Part shown: piece by piece, positions 46,306 through 55,800 of the stretch
Layout of the letters: each line of letters opens with the position of its first letter
Numbering within the stretch: the first letter of the stretch is position 1
NCBI GenBank assembly: GCA_965221775.1
Contig: CBDCSU010000004.1
Location: 928,001-992,000, forward strand
Reading direction: 5' to 3'
DNA: 64,000 bases
From: Candidatus Latescibacterota bacterium
Lineage (GTDB): Bacteria; Latescibacterota; UBA2968; UBA8231
Program-made: the position numbers and the translations under genes
Notes under the pieces: generated by a model
Seen by the model: the letters and a program-made list of their open reading frames with translations, nothing else
Databases searched by the model: none
What the model was told of the DNA's origin: nothing

Positions 46306-46394
46306 GGGTGGAGGATGGCGCACGGCCGCTCCTTGACCGATCGTTGACCGACGACGACGGGCCGCCGACACCGCCTCCGGAGGGGATTCCGCCC

Positions 46395-47204
46395 ATGAAA
46401 TACGCAGGTGCCCGCGCCGTGGCCGGACTGCTGCTCCTGGCCGGCCCGGCACCAGCCGACATCGAGCCTTTTTCCCATGGGCTCCTGGACAGCCTGCTGG
46501 TGGCCCGGGTCGACGACCGCGGCCGGGTCGACTATGCCGGCCTGGGCCGGAACCCTCACCGCCTCGACCGCTACCTGGCAGGGCTGGCCGCCTGCAGCCC
46601 GGAGAGCTGCCCGGAGCGTTTTTCCTCCGAGGCCGACGCTCTCGCCTACTGGATCAACGCCTACAACGCCTTCGTCCTGCGCGGCGTCCTCGACTCCCTC
46701 CCCATCGACAGCGTCGAGGAGGCCGAGGGCGGGCTCCACGGGTTCTTCCGGGTCCGCCGGTTCGTCGCCGGCGGGGATTCGTTGAGCCTCGACGAGATCG
46801 AGCACACCATCATCCGGCCGCGCTTCCGGGACCCGCGCATCCACTTCGCCGTCAACTGCGCCGCCGTGGGCTGCCCCGCCCTGGACTCGCGGGCCTACGC
46901 CGCCGCCGATCTCGACGAGCATCTGGACCGCCAGACTCGACGCTTCGCCCTGGATCCGGCGCACCTGAAGCTGGAGGAAGGCCGTCTCCGCCTCTCGAGC
47001 ATCATGGACTGGTACGGAGCGGACTTCGTGGAGTGGTTCCCTCGCCATCGAATGGAGGACCCGCCTTCGGACCCAACCCTCCTCGACTACCTGCTCCTCT
47101 ACCTGCCTGAGGAGAAAGCCCGGACCCTGCGTTCGGCCGGGGAGGTTCCCATCGACTTCGTGGAGTACGACTGGACGCTGAACCGCCAACCGGGCGGAGG
47201 CTAG
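46395..47204 (+). CDS. DUF547 domain exported protein
   Basis: Signal peptide, GRVDYA, LAYWINAYNA, SLDEIEH.IIR, DPRIHFAVNCAAVGCP, WYGADF, YDWTLN. Confidence 0.92.
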   Translation: MKYAGARAVAGLLLLAGPAPADIEPFSHGLLDSLLVARVDDRGRVDYAGLGRNPHRLDRYLAGLAACSPESCPERFSSEADALAYWINAYNAFVLRGVLDSLPIDSVEEAEGGLHGFFRVRRFVAGGDSLSLDEIEHTIIRPRFRDPRIHFAVNCAAVGCPALDSRAYAAADLDEHLDRQTRRFALDPAHLKLEEGRLRLSSIMDWYGADFVEWFPRHRMEDPPSDPTLLDYLLLYLPEEKARTLRSAGEVPIDFVEYDWTLNRQPGGG

Positions 47205-48049
47205 TCGAAGAACGGGTTGTTCCGCCGTTCCTCTTCCACGGTGGTCGCCGGACCGTGCCCCGGGTACAGGGTGGTCCCCGGCGGCAGCGACAGCAGCTCG
47301 CCCTCCACCGCCCGGCGCTGCCCGTCGTAGTCAGCCCGCCGCCGGGTTCCGCCGAGAGACCCGGCGAAGAGAGCGTCGCCGACGAAAGCGGCCTCCTCGT
47401 GGATCAGCGACACGCCGCCGGGGGTGTGCCCCGGTGTGCACGCCACCGTGAAGCTCTGCTCGCCGAGAGCGATGCGGCCACCCGGCTGCAGCCGCCCCTC
47501 GATCCTTGCTGCCAGACCCCCGGTGAGGCCGAGGTCCTCCGCGCCGATGGCGGCGCCGGCGCCCGTGGCGTCGAGGACGAGGGGAAGGTCGCCCACGTGA
47601 TCGCCATGGCCGTGGGTGAGCCAGACCTGTCTCACCCGCGCCCCCGACTCCGCCGCCGCCTCCAGCAGCCGGTCCCCCTGGAACCCGGGATCGACGATCG
47701 CCGCCTCGCCGGTGCGGCGGCAGGTGACGACATAGCCGTTCATCAGGAAGTCGTCGCCGAGGATCAGCATCCTCACCTCGAGGGCTTCCCCCGGCACACC
47801 CAGGGGATTGGCGGGAAAGTAGGCGGCCTCGGCGCTGGCCCGCAGCCTGCCGCCGTGGAGGCAGAGGGCCTCGGCGAGTCCTTCCACGATCCCCCCGCCG
47901 GGAATCCACTGGTAGGCCTCGATACGCTCCAGATCCCCGGCGGCGATCCCCGCCCTCTCCGCCACCTCCTCCACGGTCCGCTCCTGGCCGCGGCGGGCCT
48001 TGCCGACGACATCGCCGAACTCGTCCTCCAGATGGGTGTATCCGTCCAT
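47201..48049 (-). CDS. MBL-fold metallo-hydrolase with an N-terminal XRE-type HTH
   Basis: LEDEFGDVVGKARRGQ...VAERAGI...IE (HTH); LTHGHGDH, TPGHTPG, GDALFAGS, PGHGPATT..EERRNNPF. Confidence 0.9.
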   Translation of the reverse strand: MDGYTHLEDEFGDVVGKARRGQERTVEEVAERAGIAAGDLERIEAYQWIPGGGIVEGLAEALCLHGGRLRASAEAAYFPANPLGVPGEALEVRMLILGDDFLMNGYVVTCRRTGEAAIVDPGFQGDRLLEAAAESGARVRQVWLTHGHGDHVGDLPLVLDATGAGAAIGAEDLGLTGGLAARIEGRLQPGGRIALGEQSFTVACTPGHTPGGVSLIHEEAAFVGDALFAGSLGGTRRRADYDGQRRAVEGELLSLPPGTTLYPGHGPATTVEEERRNNPFFD

Positions 48050-48051
48050 GA

Positions 48052-48684
48052 TCAGTTCCTCATGCTGCGCACCAGGCTGCCGAATCCCTCCTCGTGGGCC
48101 GACACGGCCCCGGCGGGCCCGGTGAACTTGAGATACCAGGTGGTGCCGCCGGCCTCGAGGATGGCGCCGAGCATGCGGTATCCCTCGCGGATGGTGGCGT
48201 CGCCCATACCCATGCCGTCGCGGAAGGTGCCGGTCACGTCCACCATTGTCGCCCGCAGTCCGCCCTCGGTCTCCAGGGTCCAGCGCCTGCCCCGGGCAGG
48301 GCTGCCGTCGGGCTGGCTGAACTGGCCGAACCAGCGCTGCACGTTGGCGTCGACGGGGCCCATGTTCCCCTTGAATACCGCCAGGGTGGCGCCCTCGCCT
48401 CCTTCGGGGAAAGGAGCGGCGTACTCCGCGGTCCGCATCGAGCTGCTCGGGGGCACCCGCTGCCAGGCCTCCGGGACCCGGATCGTCACCCCCCCGTCCA
48501 GGGTCTGGACGGGCCCCTCTCCCCCCCCTGGAGGAGAGGTGGAGGGCATCTCCTCGAGAGGGGTCAGGTTCCTCTCCGCCAGGGCTTCGGCGGCCGGCTT
48601 GTCGCTGTAGTTCTGGCCGCAGGCGGCGGCCAGCCAGGCCGCCCACACGACCCGGTTCACCATCCGTCCTGGTCGGTTCTTCAT
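48052..48684 (-). CDS. Putative lipoprotein
   Basis: Lipobox LAAAC; VPEAW..SSMR.AEY, DANVQRWFGQF, WYLKFTGP. Confidence 0.78.
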   Translation of the reverse strand: MKNRPGRMVNRVVWAAWLAAACGQNYSDKPAAEALAERNLTPLEEMPSTSPPGGGEGPVQTLDGGVTIRVPEAWQRVPPSSSMRTAEYAAPFPEGGEGATLAVFKGNMGPVDANVQRWFGQFSQPDGSPARGRRWTLETEGGLRATMVDVTGTFRDGMGMGDATIREGYRMLGAILEAGGTTWYLKFTGPAGAVSAHEEGFGSLVRSMRN

Positions 48685-48713
48685 CGTCGCCCTCCGTGCC
48701 GCTGGCGCGGGAG

Positions 48714-48935
48714 TCACAGGCGGTCGGGGCGCGAGACCATCAGGGAGGTCTCGCCGCCAAGGGTCCCGCTCGACCGCCCCCAGCGCAGGCCGAACCCCGG
48801 GGCCGCCTCGAGGCTCGCCGCGTCGTCGAACTCGAGGACAGCGATGAAGGCGCCCACGTCCGCCTGCGAAGGGACGGCCGAACCGCCGCCGCCGATCAGG
48901 GCTGCGGCGAGGAGACTCCGGTGACGCCGGGTCAT
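48714..48935 (-). pseudogene. Truncated outer-membrane beta-barrel remnant (signal peptide plus about 3 strands)
   Basis: MTRRHRSLLAAAL...SQA, then VGAFIAV, PGFGLRWG, GGETSLMV, then an abrupt TGA. GGGAG RBS present. Confidence 0.45.
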
Positions 48936-48958
48936 GGCAACTCTCCCCATGCCCGCCC

Positions 48959-49681
48959 TCAGAAAGGGGGCCGCTCGAGGAAGACCGAGACCCCCAGATC
49001 GGCCCAGCGCCGGCGGGTGTCAGGCGTGCCGTTGCGGTAGCACAGCGCCGTCTGCGAGCCCTCGACGCTGCGCGCCACCGCCTCCACGCAGTCCTCCAGC
49101 CGGTGGTACGGCGGGTTGGGATGGGTCTCGATGTCGAAGGTCAGGTCCGTGGGCCCGAAGGAGAAGCAGTCGACGCCGGGAAGGGCGAAGGTGTGGGCGT
49201 GGAGGACGGCATTCAGGGACTCTATCTGGAGCCAGAGGACCCCGTTCTCGTTCCACCAGTCGGCGTACTCGCGGCTGTCGGCGAAGTCCTGGGCCCGGCG
49301 CCGGGCCCCGCCCCCGACGCTGCGCCCGCCTCGCGGCGGGTAGTACATGTTCGTCTCGGCCTCGCGCGCCGTCTCCAGGCTCTCGACCTGGGGCACCTCG
49401 ATGCCGGTGGGCCCGAGGTCGAGAAGGTTGCCGATCAGGCAGGTGTGGCTCGTGTGCTTGATGCGCAGGCGCACGGGCAGGCCGGCCTCGTCGGCGCGGT
49501 TGCAGAACTCGACGAGGGCGGGCTCGCTCAAGGCGGAGTGCTGGCTGTCCGTGGCCACGAAGTCGTACGGCCCGTGCTCGTCCCGGGCCCGCGCGAGCTG
49601 CTCGGCCGTGGCCGTCACCGGCGCGCTGAACCCGAAGGTCGGCTCCCCGGAGCGGATCCTGTCCTTCAGTCCCTGTGGCAT
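48959..49681 (-). CDS. HpcH/HpaI aldolase family protein
   Basis: DSQHS, LLDLGP.GIEVPQV, YYPPRGGRS, LQIES, FGPTDL. Confidence 0.9.
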   Translation of the reverse strand: MPQGLKDRIRSGEPTFGFSAPVTATAEQLARARDEHGPYDFVATDSQHSALSEPALVEFCNRADEAGLPVRLRIKHTSHTCLIGNLLDLGPTGIEVPQVESLETAREAETNMYYPPRGGRSVGGGARRRAQDFADSREYADWWNENGVLWLQIESLNAVLHAHTFALPGVDCFSFGPTDLTFDIETHPNPPYHRLEDCVEAVARSVEGSQTALCYRNGTPDTRRRWADLGVSVFLERPPF

Positions 49682-49706
49682 CTCTCGCCTCTCCCTTCCA
49701 GGTCTC

Positions 49707-50522
49707 TCACGCTTGGTCGAGGAGCGGAAACAAGGGCGCCACGGCGCCGAACATGCCGGGGAACCGGAACAGCGGTTCCTCCCCGCCGGCGATCCGCTCC
49801 AGGACGCCGGGTGTCAGCAGAGCCCGGGCCCGATCGAAGAGGGCCGGGTCCGCCCCCGCATCGTAGCTGCCGGAGGCCTGGGCGGCCTGACGCGCGGCCT
49901 CGACGCCCGGGTCCTCCGCCACGGCGGCGGCCATCCCGTCGAAAAAGGACCCGAGGGAGGATCCCCCGCCGGACTTCCACAGCTCCGCGAAAGCCTCGGT
50001 GGTCTGGCGCAGGCGCGCCTCCGCTCCGGCGGGAGGCGGCTCCCCCGCTCTCGTCAACGGCGCCGCATGCCCGTGGAGCGGTGTGCGGTCCTCGGTCTGG
50101 AAGGCCACCAGGACGCGGTGCCCCGCCCGCGGGACGGCGCGGAAGCGCACCACCGACCCCGGGGAGACGAGAACCGTGCGGCCTTCCTCCACCGGCCGGG
50201 AGGCGGCCCCCTGCGGGGTCAGGACGTCGACGAAGGCCCGGGCCGCGTGGTACAGGCGGACATGCTCGAGAGGACGGCCGTCGATGCCGCAGCGCCCGAA
50301 GGGGACGGAGAGACCGGCTTCGTCCGGGCTCTCGCCGGCGCCCGAGGCCCCTCCCTCCAGGTGGCAGCGCAACTCATCGGCCAGGGCCTGCGCCTCTTCA
50401 GCCGGGTCCGCGGGCAGCGGATCGCAGGCGGCGGAGGCGGCGTCGCCCCTCAAGCGGGCGCGGTAGAGGATCCCGTACCCGAAGAGGCGGGCGCCGAGGG
50501 GACCGTCCGTCGCCCCGGTCAC
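49707..50522 (-). CDS. Hypothetical protein with a possible cupin-like core
   Basis: GTG overlaps the DegT stop; beta-rich centre (EHVRLYHAARAFVDVLT...VLVSPGSVVRF...VLVAFQ). Confidence 0.65.
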   Translation of the reverse strand: MTGATDGPLGARLFGYGILYRARLRGDAASAACDPLPADPAEEAQALADELRCHLEGGASGAGESPDEAGLSVPFGRCGIDGRPLEHVRLYHAARAFVDVLTPQGAASRPVEEGRTVLVSPGSVVRFRAVPRAGHRVLVAFQTEDRTPLHGHAAPLTRAGEPPPAGAEARLRQTTEAFAELWKSGGGSSLGSFFDGMAAAVAEDPGVEAARQAAQASGSYDAGADPALFDRARALLTPGVLERIAGGEEPLFRFPGMFGAVAPLFPLLDQA

Positions 50523-51805
50523 GCCAACTGGTCCGCGTTCTCGGCGACCTTGCGGAAGGCGTCGGCGAACTGATCGATCACCCCGGTCCTGTTGTGCTTG
50601 AACCAGGGGATCGAGTAGCAGCGGGCGGGCAGGCCCTCGGTCACCGGCAGGCTCCCCCGGGGCTGGCGCAGGTCGCGGTCGGCAAAGGCGATGCGCGTCG
50701 GCTTGCCGTCGCCGTACACGTCGGCCTCGTTGAGCACGGGATGCAGGTGCAGCAGGATGTTGGCCCCCGGTGAGACGCTGAACCCGCCCCCCTCGATCTC
50801 GGAGCTCACCGCCTTGCAGAATGCGGCCACGGGAAGCCCCCCGAGTTCCTCGGGAACGTAGAGACCCCTGGCGGCGTACCAGCCGCCCATGGTGCTGCCG
50901 GAGCCGGCGGCCGGGCGGTGGGGGCGGATCCCCGGGGTGCCATCGAGGCGGTCCCAGAAGTGGTTCATCGCCTCCTGGATGATCTCGATGCGGTCGCGGT
51001 AGTGCCGGAGCTGGACGCGGCCCACGGCGGAGGACAGCTGGTGCATGCGGTACTTGCAGCCGCCGAGAGGCAGGCCGGCCAGCGGCTTCAGCTCCGGATG
51101 CTCCAGCCGCGAGGTGCGTTCGTAGTGGCCGAAGGCGGCGGCCCTCTCGTAGATCTCCTCGTCGCCGGTGACCAGGAACCCCCCTTCTCCGCAGGCCAGG
51201 GACTTGCCGGACATGATCGACATCGCTCCCACGTCGCCGATCGTCCCCAGGAGCCGCCCTTCGTAGAGCCCTCCCTGGGCGTGGGATACGTCCTCCACGA
51301 CCCGGAGGCCGTGCTTTCGGGCGATCTCCATGATCGGGTCCATGTCGGCGGGGTGCCCGCAGTAGTGGACCGGCAGGATCGCCTTGGTGCGCTCCGTGAT
51401 CCGGTGCTCGATGTCGTCGGGATCGAGTGTGAGGGTCTGCGGGTCCATGTCGGCGAAGACGACCGTCGCGCCGAGGGAGTAGACCTGCAGGCTCGACCCC
51501 CAGAAGGTCATGCTCTGGCTGATGACCTCGTCGCCCCGGCCCACGCCGGCGGCCCACAGGGCCGCGTGGATGGCAGAGGTCCCGGTGTTGTGACACAGGA
51601 CGTGCTCGGCGCCGAACCAGTCGGCCAGCTCCGCCTCGAAGAGGTGGGTCACGTCGGTCCCCGACATCGCCCCCCGGCGCAGGACCTCCAGGACCGCCGC
51701 TTCGTCCTCTTCGGTGACGATGGGCCACCTGAAGAGGTCTCCCACGTCGGCCGTCAGCGTCCTCGGGCCTCCGTGAACCGCCAGTTGCACCGCCGCCGTC
51801 GTCAT
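50519..51805 (-). CDS. DegT/DnrJ/EryC1/StrS aminotransferase
   Basis: NTGTSAI, PVHYCGHPADMD, EDVSHAQG, SIMSGKSLACGEGG, KYRM. Confidence 0.93.
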   Translation of the reverse strand: MTTAAVQLAVHGGPRTLTADVGDLFRWPIVTEEDEAAVLEVLRRGAMSGTDVTHLFEAELADWFGAEHVLCHNTGTSAIHAALWAAGVGRGDEVISQSMTFWGSSLQVYSLGATVVFADMDPQTLTLDPDDIEHRITERTKAILPVHYCGHPADMDPIMEIARKHGLRVVEDVSHAQGGLYEGRLLGTIGDVGAMSIMSGKSLACGEGGFLVTGDEEIYERAAAFGHYERTSRLEHPELKPLAGLPLGGCKYRMHQLSSAVGRVQLRHYRDRIEIIQEAMNHFWDRLDGTPGIRPHRPAAGSGSTMGGWYAARGLYVPEELGGLPVAAFCKAVSSEIEGGGFSVSPGANILLHLHPVLNEADVYGDGKPTRIAFADRDLRQPRGSLPVTEGLPARCYSIPWFKHNRTGVIDQFADAFRKVAENADQLA

Positions 51806-51859
51806 CTCAACTCTCCTGGTCGTCCAAGGTCACTCGGTTCTCGCGCGATGCAGGCCGCC

Positions 51860-52837
51860 TCATCCTCCACCCCCGCCCAGGCGGGCCAGTTGGGCCGCCG
51901 AGGGCATCTGGTCGTACTCCCAGACGCGCTGGATGACACCGTCCTCGACATAGGCCAGGCGGGGCCAGCCATGGCGCCAGGTGAGACGCATCCAGTCGGA
52001 GCTGGAGATGGAGGCGATCTTGAACCGCGGGCGTGTCTGGCGGATGAAGTCCTTCAGTGAGTCGTCCTCCGGGGGATACTCGTTCAGGGCCACGATCCTG
52101 GGCACCCCGGGGGTGTCGGCCCAGTGGTTGAGCTTGGGCACGGCGCTCTTGCACCGCCCGCACCGCGGGCTGAACAGCTCCACCAGGTAACGCCCCTCGC
52201 TCAGGTCGATCCCTTCGGCGCCCGTGAGCTCGATCCCGGTGAGCCGCACACCGGGCTTGAGGTCGGAGCTGGCCACCCGGTCGGACTCGGGGGCGAACTT
52301 GAGGAACACCACCGCCGCCACTACCGCCCCCGCCCCGAGGACCAGGGACGTGGAGCCTTTCCACGACGCGGCCGACCAGCGCTCCGTGCCCCAGCGCCAG
52401 GCCGCCAGCAGCAGGCCGAGCATGACCGAGTCCTCGATGAACGCCTCGCCCGGGGTGCGTTTGGTGAGAGTGCCGAAACAGCCGCAGTCGATGTTGGCCT
52501 GCTGGTACCAGGCCAGGCCGGTGACCGCCAGGAACAACACCATCAAGCCCGTGGCCGCGGGCAGGGTGAAGCGGGGGCGCCAGCCGATGAGGAGGGCCAC
52601 CCCGATCAGGACCTCGAGAGGAGCCAGGACCAGGGCGATCGTTCCGATCCGGGGCCATGCCTCCCTGCCGACGTCGACGAGCTCCAGATAGGAGACCGCC
52701 TCCCAGTAGAACACGACGGGGTCGAGGGACTTGGCGGCCCCGGCCACGACGAAGAGGAGGCCCATGAGGATGCGGGCCACCGCCGCCGCCGGCGGCATCA
52801 GCGGATGCGCGGCGCTGGAGGGTTGGCTCTGGGTCAT
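51860..52837 (-). CDS. DoxX/MauE-family membrane protein fused to a thioredoxin-like domain
   Basis: RILMGLLF..AGAAKSLDP, DCGCFG, about 5 TM segments, then ELFSPRCGRC (CxxC) and cis-Pro WP. Confidence 0.85.
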   Translation of the reverse strand: MTQSQPSSAAHPLMPPAAAVARILMGLLFVVAGAAKSLDPVVFYWEAVSYLELVDVGREAWPRIGTIALVLAPLEVLIGVALLIGWRPRFTLPAATGLMVLFLAVTGLAWYQQANIDCGCFGTLTKRTPGEAFIEDSVMLGLLLAAWRWGTERWSAASWKGSTSLVLGAGAVVAAVVFLKFAPESDRVASSDLKPGVRLTGIELTGAEGIDLSEGRYLVELFSPRCGRCKSAVPKLNHWADTPGVPRIVALNEYPPEDDSLKDFIRQTRPRFKIASISSSDWMRLTWRHGWPRLAYVEDGVIQRVWEYDQMPSAAQLARLGGGGG

Positions 52838-55800
52838 TCGGGGTCTGGCCTTTCCACGGTCCGGCGGGCCGTCTCGGTCCGCACTCTGTCCACGACCTGG
52901 TCGAAGAGCCGCCGGGTCTGCCCCATCAGGCCGGTTACCTCCTCGGCCAGCACGCCGGCGCTGCCCGCGCCCATGGCCCGGGCCAGGATCCCGGCCGCCG
53001 CGGGGTCGGCCGGCAGGACGTGGCTGGAGTGCCCCTCGCCGAGGCGCAGGGCCTTCTGAAGCTGCCGCAGCCGCTCGTAGGCGGCCAGCAGGGCGCCGCC
53101 TTCCCGTCGCTCGAGGAGCCCGGCGGCGATCAGCCGCTCCAGCACGACGGGCGTGCTCGTGTCTCTCAGTTCGCGCCGGCGGGCGCCGTGATGGAGCAGC
53201 AGAATCTGGGCAATAAACTCCGCATCCACAATTCCGCCGGGACCCCGCTTGATGTCGATGACGGCCCGGCCCGGGACCGCCTTCGGCTGCATCCGGCGCC
53301 GCATGGCGACGATCTCGTCGACCATGCCCGGGGTCAGGGGAGTGCCGTACACGAAGGCGTCCACGGCCCGCAGGACGCGCCGCCCCAGATCCCGGTCCCC
53401 GGCGACCTGTCGGGCCCGGGAAAGGGCGAGACGCTCCCAGGTGGAGGCGCGGGCGCGCAGGTAGCTGCGGTAGGCGGACAGACTGATGACCACCGGCGCC
53501 CTTCGGCCTTCGGGCCGAAGGCGGGCGTCGACTTCGAAGAGTCCCTCGCCCAGGACCTGGATGACCTGCCGGACCACGGCGTCGAAGAACTCGGCGTTGC
53601 CGACTCCCCGCCCGGTCTTCCCCTCCCCTTCGTACAGGAAGAACAGGTCGAGATCCGAGGCGAAGTCCAGCTCCCGTCCACCCGCCTTGCCGCCGGCGAA
53701 GCAGGCAAACCGGGCGTCCCGGTCCAGACGGCGGCCGCTGCGGGGCCGGCCCCGGCGGCGGGCGACCGCCGTCAGGGCGTCGTCTACCACCGCCGAGACC
53801 ACCTCGTCGGCCAGATCGCTGATCCGCAGAAAGGTCTCCTCGCTCGGAGCGAGTCCCAGCAGGTCGTCCGTGCCGGTCCGCAGGAGGGCGTTGTTGCAGA
53901 ACCGCCGCAACCGCGAGGGATCGACACGGGTCTCCCGGTCGAGTCGCGGCATCCGGCCGCTCAGGTCGAGCCCGACCAGCTCGTCGAGCAGCCCCGGGTC
54001 GCGCTGCAGGAGTCCCGCCAGGAGCGCGCTCCGGCCGCAGATCGTGACCAGCATGGAGAGGAACCGCGGGTGGGCGAGGGCCATTCCGTAGAAGGCGCCC
54101 GGCGCCCCATAGGCGTCGATGACGCCGACGAAGCGGAGGAGGGCCCCGTCGGGGTCGGGTGTGGCCGCCAGCTGGGGCAGGAGCGGGACCAGCAGCTCCT
54201 TCAGGTTGTCGAGCCCCGAGGAGGTCAGCATGGGGCCTCCCAGCTGCCGCAGGAGCCGGTGGGCGGTCTCGGCCTGGCGGAACCCGGCGGCTTCCAGCGA
54301 CTGCCGGACGCCCTCCGAACCGGCCGGCGCCTCGAGAAGCCACCGGGGGTCCTCGGCGCCGGGGTCCGACGCCGGCCCCCGGGCGCTTCCGAAGACCGAC
54401 TCGTACACCCCCCGCACCGCCGACAGATGGGAGGAGACGGTCGCCGAGAGGCTCCGGCCGCCGAGCTGCAGCCGGTCCCGCAGCGCCTCGGCCTGCTCCG
54501 ACCCGTCCTCCGGAACCGCGTAGGTCGGCCGGCCGGAGTCGATCTGCAGCAGGTTCTCCAGGCGCCGGAGGAAGCGGTAGGCCTGGCCGAGAGCCCGGGC
54601 CTCCCTGACCGAGAGGGCCCCCGCCTGCCGCAGCCTCTCGATGGAGGGCAAGGTGCCGGCGGCCCGGGTGCGCTCGGTCCGCCGGCCGTGGAGGAGCTGC
54701 AGGCACTGCACCGCGAACTCGATGTCGCGGATCCCACCGGGCTGCAGCTTGATGTTGTTCCCCCCTTCCGGCCGGCTCCGCGCCTCGGTCTCGATGCGCT
54801 CCTTGATCCGCCGGATCTCCTCGCTGGGGGAGACCGTGAAGTGGGCAGGGTAGACGAAGGGAACCAGCATGTCGCGAAAGCGCCGCCAGAGCCCCGAGGA
54901 GCCGGCTGCGCGCCTCGCCTTGATCAGCATCTGCCGCTCCCACAGCTCGCCGCGGCTCTCGTAGTAGATCCAGTAGCTGCGCAGGGAGCGGGTCAGCGGC
55001 CCGCGCTCCCCCTCGGGCCGCAGCCGCATGTCCACCCTGTAGAGGAAGCCCTCGGGCGTCACCTCGGTGAGCACCTGTATCAGCCCCTCGGCCAGGCGGT
55101 CGTAGAACAGGCCGTTGGCGATGCCCCGGGAGCCTTTCGAGTCCACCACCGAGCCGTCTTCGTCGTAGAGGAACAGCAGATCGATGTCGGAACTGAAGTT
55201 CAGCTCCAGACCGCCGTACTTCCCCAGGCAGACGACGCAGAAACGGGACGGGCGTCCGCGCTCCGTCGAAGGGCGGCCGTGGCTCCGGTGCAAGGACCGC
55301 GCCTGGTGATCGAGGACGGCCTCCACGGTGACGTCGGCGAGCTCCGAGAGTTCCCGCCCCACCTGGGAGACCTCCTTGCAGCCGAGGATCTCGGCCGTGC
55401 CGATGCGCAGCAGCTCGCGCCGATGGAATCGGCGCAGGGCGTCCGCCCAGCCGGACCCCTCGAGGCCCCGGAGGGCCAGCAGTTGTCGGGACCTCAACTC
55501 GGCCGCCGGCAGCGTGCAAGTCAGGTGGGGAGTCTCCTCGAACAGCCAGTGGAGGTGCTCGGGGCTGCGCACCAGGAGATCGGTGAGGAAGGAGCTGTGG
55601 GCGAGGATGCGGGCGAGCCCCTCGCGCAGAGGGGTGGACGCCTCCAGGCGTCGGTAGAGCTCGGCGCGGGGACCGGAGGCCTCCACGAAGCGCTCCATGT
55701 GATGCAGGGCCCGGTCGGGCCACCCGGAGGCCAGGATGGCCGCCAGCACTCCGGCTGGCATCGGCGCCGCCGCCGGACCGCAGAGCCGCTCGAGGGACCG

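Noticed and set aside
48681-48716. Selenocysteine read-through of the TGA ending the short barrel-like ORF
   Set aside because: It would add only about 10 codons before another TGA, there is no redox motif, and the hairpin is not a convincing SECIS.
53222-53230. DnaA-box-like 9-mers (GCATCCACA here, TCATCCACG in murF)
   Set aside because: Each has two mismatches, is isolated and lies inside a gene; there is no oriC context.
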